Of a DNA stretch of 64,000 nucleotides, positions 47,068 through 58,682 are shown one piece after another (the first letter of the stretch is position 1; each line of letters begins with the position of its first letter). Under the pieces are notes generated by a model that was given only the letters and a program-made list of their open reading frames with translations, did not search any database and was not told where the DNA came from. The position numbers and the translations under genes are program-made. This DNA is from Azolla caroliniana. Lineage: Eukaryota > Plantae > Polypodiophyta. Location: assembly GCA_043228905.1 (NCBI GenBank), contig JBHGNT010000017.1, positions 16,244,001 to 16,308,000 on the forward strand, written 5' to 3'.

Positions 47068-49055
47068 GATACTCAGGTACTTAAAAGGCACCTCGGGTGT
47101 GTGCCTTAATTATGGTGTCAGAGAACTTATGCTTGAAAGGTTTACTGACTCGGACATGTTGGGGGATTTAGACTCAAGCTGGTCCACACCAGGGTACGTG
47201 ATGACCTATGCAGGGGGAGCAGTGTCGTGGTAGTCACGATCGCAGAAGTTTGTGGCCTTGTCAACCATAGAGGCAGAGTACATGGTAGTGGTAGAGGTCG
47301 ACAAAGAGCTTATTTGGATGAGAAATTTTCTCAGCGAGTTGGGGATGAAGCAAAGGGAGTTCTTGCTTCCTTGTGACAGCCAAAGTGCCATACACCTCAC
47401 CAAGAACGTTGCATATCACTCTAGGACTAAGCATATACAGAGAAGGTATCACTAGTTGAGGGAGAAAGTCGAAGAAGGAGAGTTTACCCTTGTGAAGATC
47501 TATACTAACGACAATGGATCCGACATGCTGACAAAGAACTTACCGGTGGACAAACTCAGAGTCTGTCGATAGAGGACATGAATAATGGACTCCTCCCCAC
47601 TGGAGTGAAGGGGGAGTTTGTTAGGAATATGTCCCTCCAGTGGGAGGAGCTGACTGCTCGGAGATAGCCGAGAGTCGAGGAGTCGACTCTAAAAGAGTCA
47701 AAATGGAGAGTTGATCGAGGTCGAAGACACTACCGTCTAGTCCATGATTCGAAATAGCCCATTTTGTGTATTATTGAATAGCCCATTCTAAATAAGTCGA
47801 TTGATTAATAAGACTATTATTATTATTATTAGACAATAATAATGGCCATGATTCTAAACAGCCCATTTTGTGTATCAATATAAATACACCTAGGGCAAAC
47901 ATGAGAAGTGGGTTGAACTGTATAGTGTGTGTGCCTCTATTGGTGCTAGCGATAGAAAAGAGAGTGTGAGGGAGAGAGAGAGAGCGGTGCCATAGTTGAG
48001 TAAGGTTTGACGCAAAGGGCCCTGTGTGGCTGATACACTCTGAGTAGAGACTATTGTATTCTGATTTCACTTTGTATTCTCTATGTATAGTGGAATCTCT
48101 GTTCCCGTGGTTTTACCCGTTTTAGGATTTCCACGTAAATCACCATGTACTGTGCATTTGTTGTTTCCGCATGTATTTTGTATTTCCGAGTTAGTTTTTC
48201 TCACAGATTTGAAGATTCGATTCTCAACAATGGGTGTCATTGGCTTACATCTTGTTGTTAGCTTTAGCAAACTAGTTCCTTCACCACTTAAATTATCCGG
48301 CTCATTGTACTGCACACTGTTTTTCTACTAACACCAATTACCTTAGATAGTACATTGATGTTAAGATCGTCAACATCACTATTAAGTAACATCATTAGAC
48401 TAGACCTTTTTAAGACAAGATCGTCTTTGACTTGCTCATGGATACAAAACTATTACGGAGATTATTTACTAGTACAGATGTTATGTTTGCATTGAGACCA
48501 TCACAAGCAATTAACTCTTTTATCGATGGATCATTTAATATTCCATAAAGTACTATCTTCTTTCTTCATTGCTGATGTGCTTGGTCTAAACATTGAAATA
48601 GTCTACAACCTTTCTCTCTATGATAGTAGTCTCATTACTTCCATTCTCAGTGGTATTCACACCTATATCGCAACGGTCAATGTTATCCTTACCTTTAGTG
48701 AATGTGGCTTTCATATCCTTCAACAATTGACGATGTTTCCTTTTTATTTCTCCCGAATACTTTCGTATCGCTTGTTGTGCCTTGATCGCGCCATCCCTAT
48801 CCTAATGATCCATGAAGGGTATTTGTAAACACCCTCCTTCCCCTTCCATTTGTCTTGACATATTCATTAGTAAATTTCCACAAAAAAAGACATGTAGCTA
48901 GTTATTAAACCACATGCAAACCGGTTATTCACAGGAGCAATCCCACCGTTGGTAAGTTTATGTTTGTTGCAGTGGAGTGAAAGTTACTCAACCACCGTCG
49001 GGCACGAGCTAAGATGACTATGGGCAACAACAATACATAAAATTATTCCGCAATA

Positions 49056-52000
49056 TGTTGGGATTTCGGTCCCTCCGGATGGGATGTCCGGAGATGAATG
49101 ACGGCAATCCCGGTTACGGTTACGATCCCGGCTACGGAGCCGGATGATGAAGACCCCGGCTACGGAGCCGGATGATGAATGTACCCGGAGCGAGATCCGG
49201 ATGCGGGGACATATTTGTGAATATGTTTGCCAAGGGCCCTTGAGGCTATATTTGTAAATAGCCCGAAAGCCATATGTGTATAAATATGACTTAGGGCAAA
49301 CAGTTTTGTGGTTGCTCATTTTTCTGTTTTTCAGTTAGAGAAAGCTAAGTGAGAGCAGCCGAGAGAGAGAGAGAGAGAGAGAGAGACGAAGAGGTCGTTG
49401 CCTCTGTGTATTACCGCCGCATGTGGCGAAGACAGTGAGCTCAAGGTTGTTGCCTTGTAGCTTCACCATTGTACATCTCTGTTTATAGTGTTAGTTGGAG
49501 TTTACATCCCGTGTACTCTTCTCTCTATTGTCTTCGTGCATTTTGTATTTCCTGTTTTCTGTGAGTTGATCCTATTCCTCGGTCGTGGCCGAGCACTGTT
49601 TTCAACAAAGTGGTATCAGAGCAACGGTAACACAGAAAATGGAAGGCGGCGGTAGTGGGCCTCCGGGCATGATGGTGTTGAACTCACAGAACTACGCCGA
49701 CTGGAAGATAAAGATGGAAGACCTTCTCATCGTCCGAGACCTGTATGAACCGATCGACAATGCCGAGATACCCAAGGGGGTAATAGAGTCGGAGTGGAAG
49801 CTCCTGAACCGGAAAGCCGTAGCGACGATCCGGCAATATGTCGATGTAAGCGTTCTACAACATGTGGCGAACGACACCAACGCATATGAGATGTGGAAGA
49901 AGCTGTCGGGCCTCTATGAGAGGAAGAATGCGTTGAACCGGACCTCCCTGATGAGGAAGATAGTGAACCTCAAGTACCGGGACGGCGAGAATATGGTGGA
50001 ACACGTGAGCACGTTCATGGGATTCGTGAACCAGCTTGCGGCGATCAAGTTCCCGTTGGAGGATGCAATGCAAGCCATCATTCTGATGTGTACATTGCCG
50101 AAAAGCTGGGAGAACTTGGTGGTGACTCTCAGCACCTCCTGCACCGAAGATAACTTGTCTCTACAAACGGTAAAGACAAGCATTTTGAACGAAGAAGCGC
50201 GTCGGAGAGATAAAGAACCGGTTTCCGATCCGAAGATGCTGCTTACCGAATCGGATCGGGGAAGACAATGGAACCGGAGTCCGCAAAGACGGGAGAAGTC
50301 GGGGACCCGGTCGCAGTCAAGAGGAAGGCCCACATGCTTCCACTGTGGGAAGCCGGGGCACTTCCGGAAGAATTGTTGGCATTACCGAAAGGACAACGGA
50401 GCCGACGACACCGATTCGAAGAAGTCACCGGAGAGAAACGGTGCATACCGGGGAGCCACGGACCGGAGAGGTCCGGATCGGCGAGGGCAGGACCGGAAAG
50501 GAACGACGGCACTCGCGGCAAGTGAAGAAGAGATAATGCTCATTACCGAAGAGAGGGAGCTGAACCTTGCCGGTGTAGAGATGACCTAGGTGGTCGATTC
50601 CGGAGCGTCGTTCCACCTGACCCCGGAGAAGAAATACTTCTCATCCTACACAGCCGGTGAGCACGGCTGTGTCCGGATGGGAAATGAAGGCACATGCCGG
50701 ATTGCCGGCATAGGAGACGTGTGGCTGATGACATCAACCGGATGCAAGATGCTGCTGAAGGATGTTCGACACGTTCCGGAGGTCCGATTGAACCTGATTT
50801 CGGCCGGGAGGCTAGACGATGAAGGCTACACGGGTAGCATCCGGAACGGTGTCATGAAGTTCAGCAAAGGGAGCCTGATAGTGGCTCGGGCCCGGAAGGT
50901 CAACACACTGTACCTGATGAATTCCCGGCTATGTCCGGAGGAGCTAAACGTGGCAGCCGATACTGCCGGTGAGCTGTGGCACAAGAGACTGTGTCACATG
51001 AGTGAGAAGGGGATGAAGAGGCTTGCAGAAGACAACCTTATTCCAGTGAAGCATGTGCACCTGGAGAAGTGCACCGATTGCCTGGCCGGTAAACAGAACC
51101 GAACCTCCTTCCACTCAAGGCCACCGACGAGACGTAGTGTACCATTGGAGTTGGTACACACTGATGTGTGTCAGGTAGAAACGAAGTCACATGGCGGAGC
51201 CCAGTACTTCGTAACATTCATAGATGACCATAGCCGGAAGCTGTGGACGGCACCGTTGAAGACAAAGGACCAAGTATTGTCCGTCTTCAAAGAACTCCAC
51301 GCGAGAGTGGAAAGGGAATCCGGCAAGGAGCTGAAAGCGATACGAGCGGATAACGGAGGGGAATACCGGGGGCAGTTCGAGGAGTACTGTCGCTTGAAGG
51401 GAATCCGGCTCGAGTTTACTGTGCCGAAGACGCCGGAACTGAACGGGCTGGCCGAGAGGATGAACCGGACCATAATGGAGAGGGTCCGGAGTATGCTGGC
51501 GCATGCGAAATTACCCAAGGGGTTTTGGGCTGAGGCAATGTCGACGGCGACATACGTGATAAACAGATCACCCTCAGTACCTTTGGACGGAGACACGCCG
51601 CAGAGAGTGTGGACCGGTAGGAAAGTATCCTACCGGCATCTGAAGGTGTTCGGGTGTCTCGCATACGTGCATGTGGCAAAGGACCGGAGAGGAAAGTTAG
51701 ATCCAAAGACCCGGCCATGCATATTCCTCGGTTACGGCGACGACGAGTTCGGCTACCGAGTATGGGACCCGGTCGACAAAAAGATATTCCGGAGTCGTGA
51801 TATCATCTTCATGGAGGACAAGACACTCGCCGACTGGGAGTCGGAGAAGAAGATGAAGAGCTCCAAGTCGACCGGTGAGGATCAACTCTACGAGGAGCAG
51901 TCCCGACCGGCAAGGGACCGGTTAGCACTCGAGGATCCGGCCGAAGACGGTGAAGAAACAGAACCGGCCGAGGAAGATGAAACTGATACCGGAACCGGCC

Positions 52001-54272
52001 CCGATCCCGAAATGGATTCAGATGAAGAGGAAACGGAGGAGCCGGTTACCGAAGCTCCGGAACGGAGATACCCTCTAAGAGAGAGAAGGGCCCCCCGGAG
52101 ATTTCCGGAACCAGAGCACGTGCTGCTAACCGACGAGGGGGAGCCGGAGAGTTTTGAAGAAGCAAAGCTTGACACCCATAGCCGCAAGTGGTTAAGTGCC
52201 ATGCAGGAGGAGATGGATTCCCTGCATGAGAACCACACATATGAACTTGTGGAGTTGCCGAAAGGAAAGCGGGCACTTCGAAACAAGTGGGTGTTCAAGC
52301 TGAAACCGGGAGATGCCGAAAACCCCCCGAGATACAAAGCCAGGATCGTGGTGAAGGGGTTCCAGCAGAAGAAGGGCGTCGACTTCGACGAGATATTTGC
52401 CCCGGTAGTGAAGATGACCTCCATCCGGACGGTGTTGAGCATAGCGGCAAGCATGGACCTCGAGGTAGAACAGATGGACGTGAAGACGGCATTCCTTCAC
52501 GGTGACCTCGAAGAAGAGATCTACATGCAGCAACCGGAAGGATTCGAGAAGAAAGGGAAGGAGCACCTGGTATGCCGGTTGAAGAAGAGCCTTTACGGAC
52601 TGAAGCAGGCTCCCCGGCAATGGTACCGGAAGTTCGACTCTTTCATGACCGACAAAGGGTACCACAAAACGCAGTCCGATCACTGCGTGTTTGTGAAGAA
52701 GTTCGAAGGAGGAGACTTTCTAATACTCCTCCTGTATGTGGACGACATGTTGATCGTCGGACGGGACCAGGGCAAGATACGGATGCTGAAGAAAGCGCTT
52801 CACCGAACCTTCTCAATGAAGGACCTGGGTCCGGCGAGGCAAATACTAGGGATGCACATCATCCGGGACCGGAAAAAGAAGCAGTTGTGGCTGTCACAGG
52901 AGAAGTACGTGACAAAGGTGCTTCACCGGTTCAACATGTCGGAAGCAAGACCGGTCGGGTCAACCCTCCCGGCAAACTGCAAGCTGTCCAGCAAGCAAAG
53001 CCCCAAGACAAAGGCTGAGAAGGAGGACATGATGAAAGTACCATATGCCTCTGCCGTCGGAAGCTTGATGTACGCAATGGTGTGTACAAGACCGGACATA
53101 GGATATGCAGTCGGAGTGGTGAGCCGGTACATGAGCAATCCCGGCAAAGACCACTGGAACGCGGCCAAGTGGATACTCCGATACCTGAAGGGCACGGCCA
53201 ACGTATGCCTCCGATTCGGCTCCGGTAAGCCCGAACTCGACGGCTTTACCGATTCGGATATGTCGGTTGATGCAGATACCAGCCGGTCCACATCAGGGTA
53301 TGTGATGACGTATGCAGGGGGAGCTGTTTCGTGGCAGTCGAGGCTGCAGAAGACGGTTGCGTTGTCAACCACGGAGGCGGAGTACATGGCGGCTGTTGAA
53401 GCCGGCAAGGAAATAATATGGATGAAGGACTTCATTAGAGAGCTCGGTATCCGGCAGGAGGAGTACCGACTCTACTGCGACAGTCAGAGTGCCATCCACC
53501 TTGCGAAGAATGCGGCCTATCACTCCCGGACGAAGCACATCCAGCGTAGATACCACTGGATCCGGGAAAGGATAGAAGACAAGGAGTTCGTGCTGACGAA
53601 GATCCACACGGACGAGAACGGGTCGGATATGCTGACCAAGGTACTCACACCCGACAAGCTGGAACCATGCCGGAAGAGGATCGGATTGGAGAGACATCCC
53701 ATGCCGAAGTGAAGGGGGAGTTTGTTGGGATTTCGGTCCCTCCGGATGGGATGTCCGGAGATGAATGACGGCAATCCCGGTTACGGTTACGGTCCCGGCT
53801 ACGGAGCCGGATGATGAAGACCCCGGCTACGGAGCCAGATGATGAATGTACCCGGAGCGAGATCCGGATGCGGGTACATATTTGTGAATATGTTTGCCAA
53901 GGGCCCTTGAGGCTATATTTGTAAATAGCCCGAAAGCCATATGTGTATAAATATGACTTAGGGCAAACAGTTTTGTGGTTGCTCATTTTTCTGTTTTTCA
54001 GTTAGAGAAAGCTAAGTGAGAGCAGCCGAGAGAGAGAGAGAGAGAGAGAGACGAAGAGGTCGTTGCCTCTGTGTATTACCGCCGCATGTGGCGAAGACAG
54101 TGAGCTCAAGGTTGTTGCCTTGTAGCTTCACCATTGTACATCTCTGTTTATAGTGTTAGTTGGAGTTTACATCCCGTGTACTCTTCTCTCTATTGTCTTC
54201 GTGCATTTTGTATTTCCTGTTTTCTGTGAGTTGATCCTATTCCTCGGTCGTGGCCGAGCACTGTTTTCAACA
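49056..54272 (+). mobile_element. Young full-length Tork-like Copia, close relative of 26450-31938
   Basis: LTRs 49056-49607 and 53723-54272 (3 substitutions plus a GA-repeat indel seen); TSD CAATA; PBS 49611-49622; PPT 53711-53720. Confidence 0.97.
49639..53712 (+). pseudogene. Gag-Pol with a single nonsense mutation
   Basis: TAG at 50587-50589 where the sister element has TGG (MTWVVDSGAS). Confidence 0.93.
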
Positions 54273-54319
54273 CAATACACAAGATTATACACAACAACAG
54301 ACGGAACATTTATTGCAAT

Positions 54320-55085
54320 CTAGGACCGAACAATGGCGGCAACTGAGCGTAGAATGACGGCAATGGAGGAGTGAACTCCATTGGATCAAACAGTGGTGGC
54401 AATCCAGGACCAAACAATGGCGGCAATTGAGTGTAGAATGCTGGCAATGGAGGAGTGAAATCCGTTAGATCGAACAGTGGCAGATGATGCTTGGAACGCA
54501 CAGTGGCGGCAATTGAGTGTAGAATGGCAACATTGGAGGAGGAGTGAACCCTGTCGAATCAAACAATGGCAACAATCCACGACCGAACAATAGCGGCAAC
54601 TGAGTGTAGAATGGTGGCAATGGAGGAGTGAACTCAATAGGAGTGAACAATGGCAGATTATGCTTGGACCGAACACTGGCAGCAACTAAGTGTAGAATGG
54701 CGACAATGGAGTAGTGAAATCCGTTGGATCGAATAGTGGTAGATGATGCTTGGAACACATAGTGGTGGCAATTGAGTGTAGAATGGTGGCAGTGGAGGAG
54801 TGACCTCCGTTGGATCGAACAGTGCCAAAAATCCACGACCGAACAGTAGCGACAACTACGTGTAGAATGACGGCAACGGAGGAGTGAACTCGATAGGAGC
54901 AAACAATGGTAGATAATGCTTGGACTGAACAGTGGCGACAGCTGAGTGTAGAATGGTGGCAATGGAGGAGAGAAATCCCTTGGATCGAACAATGGCAGAT
55001 GATGCTTGGACCGCATAGTGGCAACAACTAAGTGTAAAATGGCGGCAATGGAGGAGTGGACTCAAAAGGGTTTAGGAACAGTGGC
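54320..55085. repeat. Degenerate ~84-86 bp tandem repeat, about 9 units
   Basis: Recurrent GAACARTGGCGGCAAYTGAGTGTAGAATGGYGGCAATGGAGGAGTGAA. Confidence 0.88.
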
Positions 55086-55371
55086 AGTAATCTAAGCCTG
55101 AATAGTCACAAAGTGATGGCCAATGTGATGTGGCAATGGATCATGGATAATGGACCTAGGAATTCGGTATATAATTTATAGTGCACATATCCATTTATGA
55201 TGCACATTTATGGTGCTCATTTATATAATTAAAACATTCTAATGTTTTCATTCATGGTGCAGATATAGTGACTATTTATCATTGGTAGCATTTTGCATAG
55301 CTAATTAGCTATCTCAAGGACATAGCTAATTGTTACCAATCACATGCTTTCACCTATAGGGTCCTTATTTG

Positions 55372-55640
55372 TACCATCTCCATTTTATAGATTTGTAAAT
55401 ATTCAATGACATCGCCGCCATCAAATTGACTATTTCACTCCAAGAGCCAATTCACTAACATTCCAATCTCCTTCATAGCTCTTTAGAACATGGAGAACAC
55501 GATTTATATTATTTCTAGACTCTTCATCTTCCGACTACCCATTCATGTCATGTTCAAACTACAAGATGTGAATGGGTGTATTTACAAACTCTCTCAAACG
55601 AACAACTTCCCACATGCCACTCTTTGTTGGGTAAAAGCTT
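55372..55640 (-). pseudogene. Second copy of the old Gypsy gag remnant
   Basis: Closely similar to 41521-41738, with an extra ~50 bp. Confidence 0.7.
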
Positions 55641-55855
55641 TGTGATTCATATTGACCGCTCCGCTCTACAAGTGAGCTCTTGAAATGAACAAAATCACAA
55701 AGTTATCAATGGATTGCAACGATCGGGGATCAATATATCAAGAAATGTTTCTTGGAAGATTAGTTCATGAATTAAATCAAACCAATCCATAAACGAGGGG
55801 ATAAAAACTTTGGTAGTCAAATATTGAACTATCATGATTAGCTCAAGTTGTAGAA

Positions 55856-58682
55856 TGTCAAGCATCGAGTATGATTCTTGTGTACCGGAAGAGATGTGTG
55901 TTATGTGTAAGTGTGAGAGGAATTAGAGGAGAGAAGAGAGAACACAAGATAGATAGAAAAAGGAATACTCAAGAAGGTGTATATTCACAAGTAGAATAGC
56001 AAATACAAAATGTAGCATTACAAGGAGTCACAACCGACTTAATATGAAGTATGGGGAGGGTGCTTTATATATAGTCACCCTCTCTCTTCATTAACTAACT
56101 ACAACAACCACTCTCTCTTGGGGAATGTGAAGACTCATATTCATGGGTAGTATGTAACTCATTAGTTATGTGTCATAGAATATGATTCTATGACACATAG
56201 TTAATGTGTAGAGAGTAGTGGTGTGACTCTTGGCCTTTGAGTAATCATAGAATCTCAAAAGTTGTGTTCGCACGTTGCACTATGTTGAGCTTGATTTTCA
56301 ACACGCCCCATCAAGTTCAACTCGGGTTGGTTCCTTTCGATTGATGTCCGTTGGGGCTGGTATCCAGTTCGGACGATCTCTGGTGTCCGCTTTAGCTCGT
56401 ACCCGATTCGGACGGTATCCGGTTCTCACTTGTACTCCTCGTCAAGCTTGGCAAGTCATGGATCGTCAATCCAAGATCTGGTATGAATTGCCGAAGCTTG
56501 TCAACTCCTAGGGCCTTGGTGAAGATGTCGGTTTTCTGAAGATTCGTGTTGATGTGTAGAAGATCGACATCTCCAGCTTGAACACGCTCTCGAAAGAAGT
56601 GGTAATGCACTTCGATATGCTTTGTGCGTGCATGGAACTTTGGGTTCCAAGCCAGATATATACTGCTCATGTTGTCGCAGTAAATGGGAGTTGGGTCCTT
56701 GATGGGAACGCCTAGATTCTTCAAAATCCTCTTGAGCCATACAGCTTCACAAGCAGCTACGGTTGCGCCCATGTATTCGGCCTCCGTACTCGAAAGAGCT
56801 ACGGTTGGTTGCTTCTTGTTACTCCACAAAATTGCAATGCTGCCAAGAGAGAAGAAAAAACGAGAGGTTGATCGTCGATCGGCTTTGTATCCGGCCGAGT
56901 CGGCATCCGTGTACCCTTCGAGATGAATTGGTGTGGCCCATGCGTAAAGGATGCCATAATCCATTGTGCCGCTCACGTATCGTAATACTCACTTAGTGCA
57001 ATCGAAATGGATATCTCATGGAGTTTGCATGAATTGACTAAGGATACTGACTGGATAGTTGAGGTCGGGTCGCGTGATCGTGAGATAGATGAGGCTTTCG
57101 ATCAGTTGTCAATATTGAGTCAGCTCGCACTCGTCTGTGTCGGAGTTGGCATCTAGTTTGAGGTTTCGATCGAGTGTCATCCCGAACTTGTATAATAATT
57201 TGAGAATGTAGTGCCGTTGAGATATCATAATGCGGTTCGGAATCCGAATTACTTCGATGCCTAGGAAGTAATGGAGTTCCTTCATGTTCGTCATCTCGAA
57301 TTTGTTGGAGAGGAGGGATTTCACCTTGTTGATGTTGACTAAACTTTCTCCTCCAATGACCAGATCATCCACGTATAGATTGATGACAATCGAGCTTCTA
57401 GAGTCGTTTCGTACGTAGAGGGAGTTGTCAGATTTCGACATTCGAAAGCCGATTTGATGAAGATATTGCGTAATCTTCGAATGCCAAGCATGCAGTGCTT
57501 GCTTGAGGCCGTAGAGAGGCTTTTTGAATTGGCATACGACTTTCGGATGAATGTTGGATTCGAAGCCGGGTGGTTGTACCATGTACACCTCCTCTTCTAA
57601 TTTTCCTTGAAGAAAGGCGTTCTTCACGTCCATTTGGTGGAGGTGCCACCCTTTCGTCGTTACGAGTGCAATCACGGTCCGCACAGTCTTCATCTTTGCC
57701 ACCGGGGCAAATGTCTCTTCGTAGTCGACTCCATACATTTGTGTGTATCCTTTTGCTATGAGTCGAGCATTATACTTCACCTTGTAGATCCATCTGCAAC
57801 CAATCGCCTTCTTGTGTGGTGAGTGGGGGACAAGATCCCATGTCTTGTTTTTGGAGAGTGCTTGCATCTCCTCAATTCATCACTTCAACCCATCTGGGGT
57901 CCTTCGCTGCTTCGGAAAACGTTTCTGGCTCCCGTATTGTCGCTACCTTCATCATAAAGGCGTAATGGTACGCCATATAATCGTTGTAGCCGAATCGGTT
58001 TACGGGGTTCTTTTCACGAGTGGATTGGAGGAGCTTCTCGTTCGTTGATACTAAGGCTTTCTTCGCTCCATTTGTCCGGATGTCAATGCGTTCGAACTCA
58101 CTATCGAGGGAGTGAGTAGATTCGTTACCGTCGAAGTGATCGTTGTCATACTCCGGCATTTTCGCCTTCCCTTTGTCCAGCTTCAGACTCGGCCGAGATG
58201 TGCTATAATCGCTCGAAGGCTCTTGTGGCCCACTAAGACTTGTCGTAATCAGGCTTTCTTCGAACATGTGTGTGAGCCGATCTTCGGTTTCTATCTCTAT
58301 TTCGGCGAATTCCGGGTCGAGCGGAATCAGAGTCGAAGTTGTCTCTGGTGTGTACTAGGATGTGGACTCGTCAAAAACGACGTCTCGACTTACTCAAGAT
58401 TTTCGAGTTCAAGGGTTATAGTACTTGTACCCCTTTTGCTCCAATGAGCATCCTACGAGGATACATTTCTCAGACTTCGGGTCGAGCTTTTGTCACTTCT
58501 CGTCAGGGATGTGCACGTACGCAATGGAGCCGAATATCTGAACATGTGATAGGTCCGGCTTGTTTCTGAAAAACTTCTCATGCGGAGTAAGTTCTTGCAC
58601 ACCCGATGTCATACACCGATTCATGAGGTATACGGCCGTGTTAGCCGCTTCTGCCCAATACGACTTCGGTAGGTGCTTTTCA
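55856..58682 (-). mobile_element. Decayed Copia 3' half (part of IN, RT, RNase H, PPT, 3' LTR)
   Basis: ORFs 57872-58267, 57109-57867 (YVDD), 56392-56976; reverse PPT at 56304; LTR ends 56303, left LTR boundary approximate. Confidence 0.88.

Larger units (their letters stand above)
42700..48229 (+). mobile_element. Decayed, rearranged Tork-like Copia element
   Basis: LTRs 42700-43014 and 47619-48229 with different deletions; TSD ATGGG; PBS 43018; PPT GAAGGGGGAG; stop-riddled gag-pol. Confidence 0.92.

Noticed and set aside
48230-49055. Possible host gene (ORF 48526-48828)
   Set aside because: Short AT-rich ORF without motifs or supported splice structure; likely decayed repeat
50580-50595. 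Programmed gag/pol stop readthrough in the Copia at 49056
   Set aside because: The sister element has TGG at this conserved Trp before the protease motif, so it is a simple G>A nonsense mutation
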